DNA of 64,000 nucleotides from a virus (taxonomy: Duplodnaviria; Heunggongvirae; Uroviricota; Caudoviricetes): IMG/VR virus record IMGVR_UViG_3300042894_001948, one strand, 5' to 3'. The notes beneath the pieces were generated by a model. The model saw nothing but the letters and a program-made list of their open reading frames with translations. It made no database searches and was not told the origin of the DNA. Shown in pieces: positions 20,966-30,695 of the stretch; the first letter of the stretch is position 1, and each line of letters begins with the position of its first letter. The position numbers and the translations under genes were made by a program.

Positions 20966-21595
20966 ATGAAATCATTTAAACAACATTTACTCGAATCAAA
21001 ACAATCTTATGAATTTAAAGTTAAACTTGCTGGAGAACCTTCAGATGAGCAACTTGATAAATTTAAAGGATCGTTAGATAGATTTGTAGTGGAATTATTC
21101 CAAAGAAGTACACGTACACCGATTCAGGAAACACAACTCGATTTTCCTGAACACAAAAATATCAGTGTTACAACATATGATATTATATTAACTTATCCTG
21201 CAACAAGTTTTCAAGTAAGACAACTTGCAGCTGAATCATTGGGGTTAAGCGAATGCTGTGTTAAAGTTCGCAATCTTAAAGAACAAGAAGAGCAAGAACT
21301 CAATCACAAAAATGATGAAAAATCAGGTGAAGCATTATTAGGTAAAGATTATGAAAAAGAAAATAATCAACATTTAGCAGGGCAATCAAATGTAATGTCA
21401 CTGTTAAAAGAACTTGGTAAAGTTAAACATCAAGGCGAACAATATAAAGGCGTTAACGATCAATTATTAGCAAAAAAAGCACCTGTTGAAAAAGCAGCAA
21501 AAGTTACTTCTAAATATGATAAATCAATCGGAACTACTAGTGCAATTGGATCTAAACAAGTTACACTGCCAACTGCTAAATTAGGGAAATTTTAA
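20966..21595 (+). CDS. Putative internal head protein
   Basis: MKSFKQHLLE N-terminus resembles the T4 capsid-targeting sequence. Confidence 0.55.
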   Translation: MKSFKQHLLESKQSYEFKVKLAGEPSDEQLDKFKGSLDRFVVELFQRSTRTPIQETQLDFPEHKNISVTTYDIILTYPATSFQVRQLAAESLGLSECCVKVRNLKEQEEQELNHKNDEKSGEALLGKDYEKENNQHLAGQSNVMSLLKELGKVKHQGEQYKGVNDQLLAKKAPVEKAAKVTSKYDKSIGTTSAIGSKQVTLPTAKLGKF

Positions 21596-22098
21596 TGGAC
21601 TTTAAAGAATTATTGCAAACTATGCAACACATTGACGAAGGAACTGAACCTTCAATTGATGAATGCAGCGAAGAAATGCCTGCAGCTATTATCCAAGGCG
21701 GACATCCTCCTGACGAGTCATTAAACATGAATCTTACTATTAACAGTAAAGGTGCAGATGGTATTCGTGAATTAATAGATGTATTAAAAGGTATCGGTAG
21801 TGATACAAGCAGTGAACCGACTCATTCGCATCACGACGACAAAAAACTACTCGGTAATGATGAAGCAGACATTGTCATTGGTGATAGTTTTGGCAATTCT
21901 AAACAAGGCGACAACGGTTCGCACGTTAATAATCTAGATTCAATGTTTCCAGTTGGTGACGATATGTTTAGTAAAGGCGGAGAAGCACCTAAACAAGCAG
22001 GCGGTGGCAACCCGTGGAACATTCGTCACGAATCACTAGTTAATCATCTTGCGTCATTATATGAAGATGTTAAAGAGCGTACACAAAAAAAAAGATAA
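21595..22098 (+). CDS. Putative head protein with possible -1 frameshift extension to 22322
   Basis: MDFKELL...DE start; ends on an A9 run with an open -1 frame continuing to TAA at 22320-22322. Confidence 0.6.
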   Translation: MDFKELLQTMQHIDEGTEPSIDECSEEMPAAIIQGGHPPDESLNMNLTINSKGADGIRELIDVLKGIGSDTSSEPTHSHHDDKKLLGNDEADIVIGDSFGNSKQGDNGSHVNNLDSMFPVGDDMFSKGGEAPKQAGGGNPWNIRHESLVNHLASLYEDVKERTQKKR

Positions 22099-22327
22099 TC
22101 GAAGCACATGATCCTATTTTAAATGCCGAAGTATTAATTGATCATAAACGATGGGCAATTTTTAAAGGTGGACCAAAAGGTAGTTCTGAATTAAAAGCTG
22201 CAGAACAACGTGCAATGACTGAAGGCAAAAAGTACAAAGATTGGCGAGCAGGACACGGATACGGGGTAGTTGTACACTATGCCCATACTACTGATAAGCC
22301 GATGAAACCACAATACGATTAACTCAC

Positions 22328-22356
22328 AAAGCGGACATTATGTCCGCTTTTTTTTG
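22328..22356 (+). terminator. Intrinsic terminator
   Basis: AAAGCGGACA-tta-TGTCCGCTTT followed by a T-run. Confidence 0.9.
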
Positions 22357-22386
22357 TAAATACATAATACAAAAAAAGGATTACAT

Positions 22387-23313
22387 ATGGGAAAATCGTT
22401 AGACGGTGTCCTTACAAAAAAAGCACATAAAACTGAAAAATTTAGTGAACAGCAAATTAACGATATATTGTTGTGTTCTGATCCTGAAGACGGGTATCTG
22501 TATTTCTCAAGATACTTTTTTCATATTCAACATTCAGTAAAAGGTAAGCTGTTATTTAAACCGTTTGATTATCAGGTTAATTTGTTAAACTGCTATCATG
22601 CACATCGTTTTAATATTAATATGTTACCGCGCCAAAGTGGTAAAACTACTTGTGCATCTGCATACTTATTATGGTTTGCAATGTTTCATCCAGATCAAAC
22701 TATTCTAATTGCAGCGCACAAATATACAGGTGCCCAAGAGATTATGCAACGTATACGATATGGGTACGAACTTTGCCCAGACTTTATACGTGCCGGTGTA
22801 GTAAGTTACAATAAAGGATCTATGGAGTTTGATAACGGTTCGCGTATTGTAAGCCAGACTACTACAGGTACAACCGGGCGGGGTATGTCTATTTCGTTAT
22901 TATATTGCGATGAGTTTGCTTTTTTGCAACCTAACATTGCTGAAGAGTTTTGGACTTCTATATCACCTACACTAGCAACTGGTGGACGTTGTATTATTAC
23001 ATCTACACCAAACAGTGACGAAGATCAATTTGCTACTATATGGAAAGAAAGCCAGCAATATTTTGACGAGTTTGGAAATGAAAAGGCAGATAAGATCGGA
23101 ATTAACGGATTTGCTGGATTCCGGTCTGACTGGTGGGATCATCCAGATCGTGACGATGCATGGAAACAAGAAGAGCTTGGTCGTATAGGTGAGGAAAAAT
23201 TTAGACGTGAATACGGTTGTATTGTGCATGATTCAGTTGTAACTGTTAAATGGCCATCTGGAAAAATTGAAAAACTAACAATGGGCGATATTATGCGATT
23301 ATTAAGTTCATAG
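22387..23313 (+). CDS. terL: Terminase large subunit N-part (ATPase) fused to a split-intein N fragment
   Basis: PRQSGKTT Walker A, LLYCDEFAF Walker B, ITSTPN; ends REYG|CIVHDSVV... Confidence 0.95.
   Translation: MGKSLDGVLTKKAHKTEKFSEQQINDILLCSDPEDGYLYFSRYFFHIQHSVKGKLLFKPFDYQVNLLNCYHAHRFNINMLPRQSGKTTCASAYLLWFAMFHPDQTILIAAHKYTGAQEIMQRIRYGYELCPDFIRAGVVSYNKGSMEFDNGSRIVSQTTTGTTGRGMSISLLYCDEFAFLQPNIAEEFWTSISPTLATGGRCIITSTPNSDEDQFATIWKESQQYFDEFGNEKADKIGINGFAGFRSDWWDHPDRDDAWKQEELGRIGEEKFRREYGCIVHDSVVTVKWPSGKIEKLTMGDIMRLLSS
23218..23310 (+). mobile_element. Split intein N fragment (31 aa)
   Basis: Begins with Cys1 (CIVHDSVVTVK, block A-like) and ends at a stop codon. Confidence 0.85.
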
Positions 23314-23339
23314 TATATGACGAAATGATAAATACTAGC

Positions 23340-24119
23340 ATGTATTATGTATATATTTATAAAACCCCAATTAACATCACAGTAAGTTATATGAGTATTT
23401 TAGCAAATCAACCGTTTTATATTGGGAAGGGCCACGGTAGGCGATATAAAGATCATTTATCAGAAACTGCAGAAACTACGTGTAATCATTTAAAAGTTGC
23501 GGTAATTTCTAGATTAGTCGCGCAAAATCTAACTCCAGTTATAGAAATGTATCAAACTGAGTTAACAGATGCTGCAGCAAAGGCTCTTGAAATTGATCTG
23601 ATTAACCAGTACGGCCGATTAATTGATCATGCCGGCCCGTTAACAAATAAAACACTAGGCGGAGATGGGTGTACTGGATTTAAACATACTGAAGAAACCA
23701 AACAATTAATGAGTATTCAGAGAAAAGGAACCATTCCATATAATAAAGGTATCGCTCGTCCAGGAATTGGTGGACGTACATTAGGTACTAAATGGTCTGA
23801 ATCTGAAAGAGAAACTCAACTGTTAGTTAGAAGCCAACCAGGTTATTATGAGTTTAACAAATGTCCTATAAGAGCAAAAAAAATAAGTGACTCCAAAAAA
23901 GGAAAACCTGGATCAGCAAAAGACAAACAATGGTTTAATAATGGAGTTATTGAGACCTATAAAGATATATGCCCTGACGGATTTGTTAAGGGAAGACTTC
24001 CTAGATTACAAATATCAAAGAGAGGCATGTGTTGGTATAATAATGGAGTAATTAACAAACAATTTAAAGAAGGAACAGAACTTGATGGATTTACACGCGG
24101 AAGAATTAATAAAAAATAA
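23340..24119 (+). CDS. Free-standing GIY-YIG homing endonuclease
   Basis: YVYIY...FYIGKG..RY..H, LTNKTLGGDG, HTEETK NUMOD3-like, WxNNG repeats; own GATAAATA promoter at 23327; ORF-track start 23325. Confidence 0.9.
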   Translation: MYYVYIYKTPINITVSYMSILANQPFYIGKGHGRRYKDHLSETAETTCNHLKVAVISRLVAQNLTPVIEMYQTELTDAAAKALEIDLINQYGRLIDHAGPLTNKTLGGDGCTGFKHTEETKQLMSIQRKGTIPYNKGIARPGIGGRTLGTKWSESERETQLLVRSQPGYYEFNKCPIRAKKISDSKKGKPGSAKDKQWFNNGVIETYKDICPDGFVKGRLPRLQISKRGMCWYNNGVINKQFKEGTELDGFTRGRINKK

Positions 24120-24432
24120 GTTAGGATTAACGGTGCTAACTGACACCGGCTGGAGCAAGTTTGACGGAATCTTAGTTAAAGGTGTTAAAAAGATACTTCA
24201 TGTAACTACACAACGTCATTCACTTAAAAGCACTCCTGATCATACATATTTTCTTAATGGGTTTAAACCGATAGAAGGTAGATTATTATTGCCTAAACAA
24301 AAAATTTTAGTTAATGGCAAACTTGATAATGTCGTGTCTGTTAAGTGGCTGTTAGATGAAGAACCAGTATACGATCTGTTTAATGTTGAACAGAATCACA
24401 GGTATTATGCAAATAACGTTCTAATCAAAAAT
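24085..24432 (+). mobile_element. Split intein C fragment (about 116 aa)
   Basis: Block B TPDH, block F VYDL, terminal Asn followed by Cys+1. Confidence 0.85.
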
Positions 24433-25194
24433 TGCGAATTTTTAGTATACGACGAAACTCTTATTAACAGTTTAAAATTAGTAGAAATATATGGTAAAGA
24501 ACCAACAACAAAGATGGGACAAGTGCGTTGGTATAAGAAACCAATTGCAGGTAACTTATATTTAATTGCATTAGATCCAAGTTTAGGAACAGGTGGAGAC
24601 TTTTCTGCAATAACAGTATTTGAGTTACCATCAATGCAGCAAGTAGCAGAATGGCATCATAACATTACTCCAATACAAGGACAAGTAAAATTACTTAGAG
24701 AAGTGTTGTTGTATATACAAGACGAACTAGGATACGATCAATATAATTCAATATACTGGTCAGTAGAAAACAACACAGTGGGCGAAAGCGCGTTAGTAGT
24801 AATTGAAAATTTAGGAGAAGAAACATTTCCAGGGTTATTTGTAAGTGAACCTGGCAGAAAGGGGCATGTTCGTAAATTCCGCAAAGGATTCAATACAACA
24901 TTTAATAATAAAATCGCTGCGTGTTCAAAATTAAAATATTTTATAGAAGAAGATAAAATGACTATTAACAGTAAGCCATTAATATCTGAATTAAAAACTT
25001 TTATTGCGCACGGGATTAGTTTTAAAGGTAAACCAGGACAACACGATGACTTAGTAGCAGCATTATTACTAATAGTAAGAATGATCGATATACTAGCAGA
25101 ATGGGATCCAATGGTATTTGAAAGAATGCGAATTGAAGAAAGAATTGAGGACTGGGAAGCACCTCTACCAATATTTGTTTCCTCTAATATGTGA
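24085..25194 (+). CDS. terL: Split-intein C fragment fused to terminase large subunit C-part (nuclease)
   Basis: Intein blocks TPDH, VYDL..V..NH.YYAN, KN|CEF; then LDPSLGTGGDFS, VENN and HDDLV nuclease motifs. Confidence 0.95.
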   Translation: MDLHAEELIKNKLGLTVLTDTGWSKFDGILVKGVKKILHVTTQRHSLKSTPDHTYFLNGFKPIEGRLLLPKQKILVNGKLDNVVSVKWLLDEEPVYDLFNVEQNHRYYANNVLIKNCEFLVYDETLINSLKLVEIYGKEPTTKMGQVRWYKKPIAGNLYLIALDPSLGTGGDFSAITVFELPSMQQVAEWHHNITPIQGQVKLLREVLLYIQDELGYDQYNSIYWSVENNTVGESALVVIENLGEETFPGLFVSEPGRKGHVRKFRKGFNTTFNNKIAACSKLKYFIEEDKMTINSKPLISELKTFIAHGISFKGKPGQHDDLVAALLLIVRMIDILAEWDPMVFERMRIEERIEDWEAPLPIFVSSNM

Positions 25195-25205
25195 TAAATA
25201 TAAAC

Positions 25206-27554
25206 ATGGACAATAATTTAGATAAAATCGCTTTAGACCTTTATGGTAAAATACAAACACGTTTCTCAAATATTAAAATGGGTGACGAAAATGCAGAAGT
25301 ATTAAGTAAAAAGACTGATATACCACGTGCTCGATTCTTTGAATTTGAATATGAAGAACATGGCGAACCGCTTGGTACTATTGCTATTACTTTAGACTTA
25401 GATGATGGTATTGTAGTACAAGTTAGCGGAGACTTAGTTGACGACGACTCTGGAGCTACACATCACAATGCATATAAATTTATAAGATCATTTAGACAAT
25501 TTGCTAAAAATCGGTTATTAAATTTTGATGTACAAAATATTGGAAAAAGCAACTTAGACAAACGAGACTATCAGTTTCAAGCAAAACCCAAGGAACAACC
25601 AATGATGGAAAGTAAAATGTTTGGAACTTCTAAAATAAGTTACCAAAACTTAGGTGAAGCTCGGTTAATTGTTAAACATAGCCAACCTATTAATCCAGAA
25701 CTAGCTGCAGGTCGTACTATGCATATTCAAAGCATTTATGTAGAAAATGCAGATGGTGAAAGATTTAAATACCCGTATAAACACTTACCAGGTGCTCGTG
25801 CATTAGCAGAACATGTTAAACACGGCGGCAACCCATACGATGCAATTGGCAAACATATAACTAAACTTAGTGAGGAATTAGCAAGTTTACGCAAATTTAA
25901 AGGGTATGTTGGTCGCCAATCTCAAATATCAGAAGCAATGGGCGACGTTACATCGCGTGTAATTGAGCGCATTGACTCAGTTAAAAAAGAAATTAATAGC
26001 TTACAACGCCCTGCATACTATCAACAATTTGCAGAATCATTTGTTGAAAAAGAAGAACGCATTATCCCAGAAACTGTAATGAATGATTGGATTGATCGAT
26101 TAACTGTGCGCACGTTTAATGAAGAAATGAAAACAGTATTTCCGTTTTTATACAATATCGTAGACGAAAGTGAATTACCAGTATGCGAACTATCTTCAGA
26201 TTATTTCTTAGATGAAAAAGCACCAGAAGGATGGGAAGGTACTGTTAAAGCAATGAAGAAACACAAGGAAATTGATAATCCTTGGGCATTAGCACACTCT
26301 ATGAAAAACAAAGGATATAAAAGCCATAAAAAAGAAAGCTTTGATCCTGAACAAACATTTGAATCATTTATTAATCGCATTATGCTTGAAGATAAAGATG
26401 AGTTGTTTAGCCCAAACAAAGATGCACAAAAAGTTGCAATTGACAAATTAAATAGAATTCTTGAAAAAGAATTGCGCGGCGGACCAGATGGAGTTAATGC
26501 TATTCAAAGTTTAGCTGGACTAATTGACGATCCAGATTTCTTAGATGCACTTAAAGATATTGATCCAGATTTAGATACTCGCCCATTAATTCAACAATAC
26601 GTAACGCACACTGATCCAGGTGTAGCAGTTCAATTAAAATTCGGTGATGGCGACATTGGTGGACAAGATATGGCACCTGCAGCAAACGGATCTGCTCCTC
26701 CGGATATAGCAGCACCGCCAGCAGCTCCTGAAGGTACACCTGATATGGGCGGCGGACTAGGCGGACTAGGCGGCGGAATGCCTCTAGACATGGGCGGAAT
26801 GCCTCCTGATATGGATGGACTGCCTCCAGAAGGAGAACTAGGTGCAGAAGGTGAATTACCTCCAGGTAGTGAAGTTCCTCCAGCTCCAGGTAGTGAAGTT
26901 CCTCCAGCTCCAGGTAGTGAAGTTCCTCTAGCACCTCCAGCACCTCCAGCACCTCCAGCACCTCCAATGCAAGAAGGTATTCATCATAAAAAATCTAAAA
27001 TCAAAGCTAAGTTTATTAAAGCTAAAGCAGCCGGTGCAACACTAGAAACAATGTTTGCAGAAGGTATGACTATCCGTGATGCACTTAGGGAGAGTGGAAT
27101 AACTCCATGTGAAGCAGGATATGGCGAATGCGATATGGAGGACAACGACGGTAGCGAGCCGACACAAGAACATATCTCAGGTAAAGAACAAATTCTAAAT
27201 TCGATTGCAGGATTCTGGAATAAAGAAGAACGCAATTTTACTATTGGCGGAACTAGAGTTAAAACTAAGATTATTAAAAGTTTTAAAGACGGTGAGTACA
27301 GTAACGCATCAGAAGATGATGTTAGAGAAGTATTACAAAAAGTAGATCAATTAGATCCAAGTGAAGACGCTAGAGAACAAAATGATGTTTTAAGATTAGC
27401 AGGTGTTAAACATCAAGAACCAACCGATGATGAAGTAGATTTAGAAGCATTTGGTCGTAGACGATTTGATAGTATTGACAAACATAAAATGCATAAAACA
27501 GTGAGAAACAATTATGAAAAGAATTTCAGAAACCGTACTTCTAGATACCGTTAG
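25206..27554 (+). CDS. Large acidic virion/head protein with Pro/Gly-rich linker
   Basis: Late promoter at 25193; DVLRLAGV motif near the C-terminus; low-complexity linker. Confidence 0.6.
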   Translation: MDNNLDKIALDLYGKIQTRFSNIKMGDENAEVLSKKTDIPRARFFEFEYEEHGEPLGTIAITLDLDDGIVVQVSGDLVDDDSGATHHNAYKFIRSFRQFAKNRLLNFDVQNIGKSNLDKRDYQFQAKPKEQPMMESKMFGTSKISYQNLGEARLIVKHSQPINPELAAGRTMHIQSIYVENADGERFKYPYKHLPGARALAEHVKHGGNPYDAIGKHITKLSEELASLRKFKGYVGRQSQISEAMGDVTSRVIERIDSVKKEINSLQRPAYYQQFAESFVEKEERIIPETVMNDWIDRLTVRTFNEEMKTVFPFLYNIVDESELPVCELSSDYFLDEKAPEGWEGTVKAMKKHKEIDNPWALAHSMKNKGYKSHKKESFDPEQTFESFINRIMLEDKDELFSPNKDAQKVAIDKLNRILEKELRGGPDGVNAIQSLAGLIDDPDFLDALKDIDPDLDTRPLIQQYVTHTDPGVAVQLKFGDGDIGGQDMAPAANGSAPPDIAAPPAAPEGTPDMGGGLGGLGGGMPLDMGGMPPDMDGLPPEGELGAEGELPPGSEVPPAPGSEVPPAPGSEVPLAPPAPPAPPAPPMQEGIHHKKSKIKAKFIKAKAAGATLETMFAEGMTIRDALRESGITPCEAGYGECDMEDNDGSEPTQEHISGKEQILNSIAGFWNKEERNFTIGGTRVKTKIIKSFKDGEYSNASEDDVREVLQKVDQLDPSEDAREQNDVLRLAGVKHQEPTDDEVDLEAFGRRRFDSIDKHKMHKTVRNNYEKNFRNRTSRYR
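26859..26966 (+). repeat. Coding tandem repeats (24-bp PGSEVPPA x3; 9-bp APP x4)
   Basis: ccaggtagtgaagttcctccagct and gcacctcca units. Confidence 0.85.
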
Positions 27555-28380
27555 ATCGTTAAGAGAGGCTATGGCAATAATCGAAGGCGGGTTTAATGCT
27601 AACACCCGCCAAGATGCATTTGGAGATGCTCCTGATGCAATTGGCGCAACAGACCATCCTATGCAAAATTTTAGCGATTACATGAATCAAGGTAAAGATA
27701 ATGTTAACAATGCAGTTGGCGATTTAGCATCCGGTATTGGACATAGTATAGGCGACCCTCTCAAAAAAGGCATTCCTGTTGCAAAAGATATTGGCCGTAG
27801 TATTGGTGCAGTCGGGCAAGGCGTAGGTACTGCACTTAACCGCGCAGCACATGGTGATTTTGCAGACCATCCAGAAGATCATCCTGAAAACTATCCACCC
27901 TTAGGATTAACTAATCCTGAAGAATATCCGGACTTATCGCCTGCAGGATCATACGATTTACCACACGCTGATGCAGCTCCACATGAGTTTCAACCGTCGG
28001 ACACTAGTTATGCACAAGATCATCCTGCAGCAGCTAAACCGCATCCTGCAGGCCAACCAAAGTCGGCTACTCCTAAGTTTGATCCAGCTGTTCAAAAGTT
28101 GCAATATGAACTACGTGCTAAAGGATATAATATCAAGGCTGACGGCATTTTAGGTCCTAACACACAACAAGCAATTGATTGGGAAAATCAAACAAATGCA
28201 ACACAGGATAGAATTGCAGGGTATGATCAATTACGTGCAGACATGGATCAATCAACTATTGCTCCGGAACCATTTGATAACACACAAGGCGACTTTGATC
28301 GTCAACCAGAACTTAACGAACATGTAACATTTAGTCAAGGTGACAGTTTAGCTAGAATCATTCAACTAGCAAGAGGATAA
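27514..28380 (+). CDS. Putative head protein with a peptidoglycan-binding-like segment
   Basis: VQKLQYELRAKGY...DGILGPNTQQAI; C-terminal SLARIIQLARG. Confidence 0.6.
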   Translation: MKRISETVLLDTVRSLREAMAIIEGGFNANTRQDAFGDAPDAIGATDHPMQNFSDYMNQGKDNVNNAVGDLASGIGHSIGDPLKKGIPVAKDIGRSIGAVGQGVGTALNRAAHGDFADHPEDHPENYPPLGLTNPEEYPDLSPAGSYDLPHADAAPHEFQPSDTSYAQDHPAAAKPHPAGQPKSATPKFDPAVQKLQYELRAKGYNIKADGILGPNTQQAIDWENQTNATQDRIAGYDQLRADMDQSTIAPEPFDNTQGDFDRQPELNEHVTFSQGDSLARIIQLARG

Positions 28381-28382
28381 TA

Positions 28383-29456
28383 ATGAAAAAAATTACAGAA
28401 AATGCACTCTTATTTAGAGTTAATCAATTAAATGAAAAGTTAGCAATGTATGAAGCAGGAGTTGTTCCTGCTGGTACTAAACCTGTAGCATCACAACAAA
28501 CTACAGCAACTACTGCAGCAACACAACAAACTACAGCCCCGCATGGGCGCGGTGCATACGTTGCTCCACCACCGCCTGTTACTGATACTAAACCTGTAGC
28601 AGCACAACAAACTGCAGCTCCGGCACAACATCAAACCGTGTTACAAGCGTACAACGCAAATATAGCAAGTGGTATGGATAAAAATGCTGCATGGGCTGCA
28701 GCACAGAAATCTGCAGGTGCACCTGCACAACATACTTCAGGAACTGGAGGAAAACCAGTACAAACTAAACCCACAACTGCAGCTCCTACACATGCAGCTC
28801 CTGCACAAGCTAAACCAGATCCGGCAGTATTAAAACAACAACAAGATTTAATTGCCAAAGGATATCCAATTAAAGCAGACGGCATTATGGGTCCAAAAAC
28901 ACAAGCAGCACTAGATTGGCAAGCACAATCTGATAAACGTGACGCTGGTTTAAAAGCTACTAATAATATGGATCCTAGTAAACCAGCACCGGCAGCACCT
29001 ACTGATCCAACGCAAAAAGCAGCATATGATGCAGCAATTAAGAACATGGATCCTAATCAAACACCAGCTCCAGCAGCAGCTCCGGCAGGTGCAGCAGCAA
29101 TTACTCCTGCATTCCAAAGCCAGCAAGCACCTACACCGGCATCTACCGCCCAACAATCAGCGTATAATAGCTCTGCACTTGGACAGATGCAACGGTCTCT
29201 TCAACAACAAGAAGCTGGCCAATCAATTCAAACACCACCTCCAGAAAAACCAGAAGGTGTCCAAGTGTTTCCAGGAACAGTAACACAACAAACAGCAGCA
29301 TCTGCAGCACAACCGTCTGGTGGATGGGATCAAAACGATCCAGATACTCCAGCTATGTTCCGCAATCCTCTCCCAGGTGAGCCAGGTATGCATGAATCAG
29401 TTTCGTTTAAAAATGAAGACAGTTTGGCTAGAATTGTACAATTAGCAAAATGGTAA
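28383..29456 (+). CDS. Paralogous head protein with a peptidoglycan-binding-like segment
   Basis: QQDLIAKGY...DGIMGPKTQAAL; C-terminal SLARIVQLAKW; A/Q/P-rich. Confidence 0.6.
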   Translation: MKKITENALLFRVNQLNEKLAMYEAGVVPAGTKPVASQQTTATTAATQQTTAPHGRGAYVAPPPPVTDTKPVAAQQTAAPAQHQTVLQAYNANIASGMDKNAAWAAAQKSAGAPAQHTSGTGGKPVQTKPTTAAPTHAAPAQAKPDPAVLKQQQDLIAKGYPIKADGIMGPKTQAALDWQAQSDKRDAGLKATNNMDPSKPAPAAPTDPTQKAAYDAAIKNMDPNQTPAPAAAPAGAAAITPAFQSQQAPTPASTAQQSAYNSSALGQMQRSLQQQEAGQSIQTPPPEKPEGVQVFPGTVTQQTAASAAQPSGGWDQNDPDTPAMFRNPLPGEPGMHESVSFKNEDSLARIVQLAKW

Positions 29457-29484
29457 AATAATTTGACAAAGTGAAAGATTTCAC

Positions 29485-29513
29485 TTGCTCATATAAATAA
29501 AAGAGTATATAAT
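29485..29513 (+). promoter_or_regulatory. Sigma70-type promoter of the replication operon
   Basis: TTGCTC-17 bp-TATAAT. Confidence 0.6.
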
Positions 29514-29633
29514 ACGCACATACTTTAAAAGTAAGGCATACTTATTATATACAGTATAAAACATAAAAAACACATAGGCTATATAACACACAGAGCAATC
29601 TGTGTGTTAACTCAAAACACATAGGATATTAAA

Positions 29634-30632
29634 ATGGCAACACTCGCAGAAATCAGAGCAAAACTAAAAGCGGCAGAAACACGTAGTACAGATAGCAATA
29701 CAGGCGGTGATAAATCAATTTATCCATTCTGGACTATTAAAAGCGGTGGCGAAGCAACTTTTAGATTCCTTCCAGACGGCAACGCAGATAACATGTTTTT
29801 CTGGGTTGAGCGTAACGTAATCAAATTACCTTTTGCAGGTATTAAAGGTCAAACAGATAATAAACCCGTAACAGTAAATGTACCATGCGTTGAAATGTAC
29901 AACGACGGTTCGGTATGTCCAATTCTTTCAGAAGTGCGTCCTTGGTTTAAAGATCCTTCTTTAGAAGAAATGGGTCGTAAATATTGGAAAAAACGTAGTT
30001 TCATCTATCACGGCTTTGTACCTAAAGATGGCTTAGAAGAAAGAGAACCACCCGAAAATCCAATCCGTAGATTTATTATTGGACCACAAATTAACAAACT
30101 AATTCACGCAGCATTAACTGACGAAGAATATACAGAATTGCCTACAGACTATGTAAATGGTTTTGACTTTACATTGCGCGTTGGCAGTAAAGGCGGCTTT
30201 GCAGACTATTCAACATCAACATGGAAAAGAAATACACGTCCACTAAGTGAAGAAGAAAGATCAGCAATTGACAAATTTGGCTTACCTAACTTAGCAGATT
30301 ACTTACCTAAAAAACCAGGCGACGTTGAACTTAAAGTTATGGTAGAAATGTTTGAAGCATCTGTTAATGGTGAAGCATACGACATTGAACGTTGGGGCAA
30401 ATACTTTAGACCATATGGCGTACAGTTTGACGAAAACGCAGCACCAGCACCTACTGCAACAGTAACGCCCGTAGTTGCACCCGTAGTACCCACAGTTGAA
30501 GAAGACGCCCCATGGGATGAGCCAGCTGTTGTTAATACCTATACTCCACAACCTGCAGTAGAAGCAGCTCCTACAGCATCAAGCGATTCTCGTGCTAATG
30601 ATATTTTAGCAAGAATTCGTAATCGCGGCTAA
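29634..30632 (+). CDS. gp32: Single-stranded DNA-binding protein, T4 gp32-like
   Basis: RFLPD, CPI, YWKKRS, DYSTS; acidic/Pro tail; upstream of uvsX. Confidence 0.85.
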   Translation: MATLAEIRAKLKAAETRSTDSNTGGDKSIYPFWTIKSGGEATFRFLPDGNADNMFFWVERNVIKLPFAGIKGQTDNKPVTVNVPCVEMYNDGSVCPILSEVRPWFKDPSLEEMGRKYWKKRSFIYHGFVPKDGLEEREPPENPIRRFIIGPQINKLIHAALTDEEYTELPTDYVNGFDFTLRVGSKGGFADYSTSTWKRNTRPLSEEERSAIDKFGLPNLADYLPKKPGDVELKVMVEMFEASVNGEAYDIERWGKYFRPYGVQFDENAAPAPTATVTPVVAPVVPTVEEDAPWDEPAVVNTYTPQPAVEAAPTASSDSRANDILARIRNRG

Positions 30633-30695
30633 TTAAGATGTAACGGATTAACGTAGCAAGGGGTCTTGCTACGTTACAATGTACGGAGTATACTC

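Noticed and set aside
23311-24084. Group I intron interrupting terL
   Set aside because: There is almost no non-coding room for a ribozyme core; intein motifs on both sides explain the split
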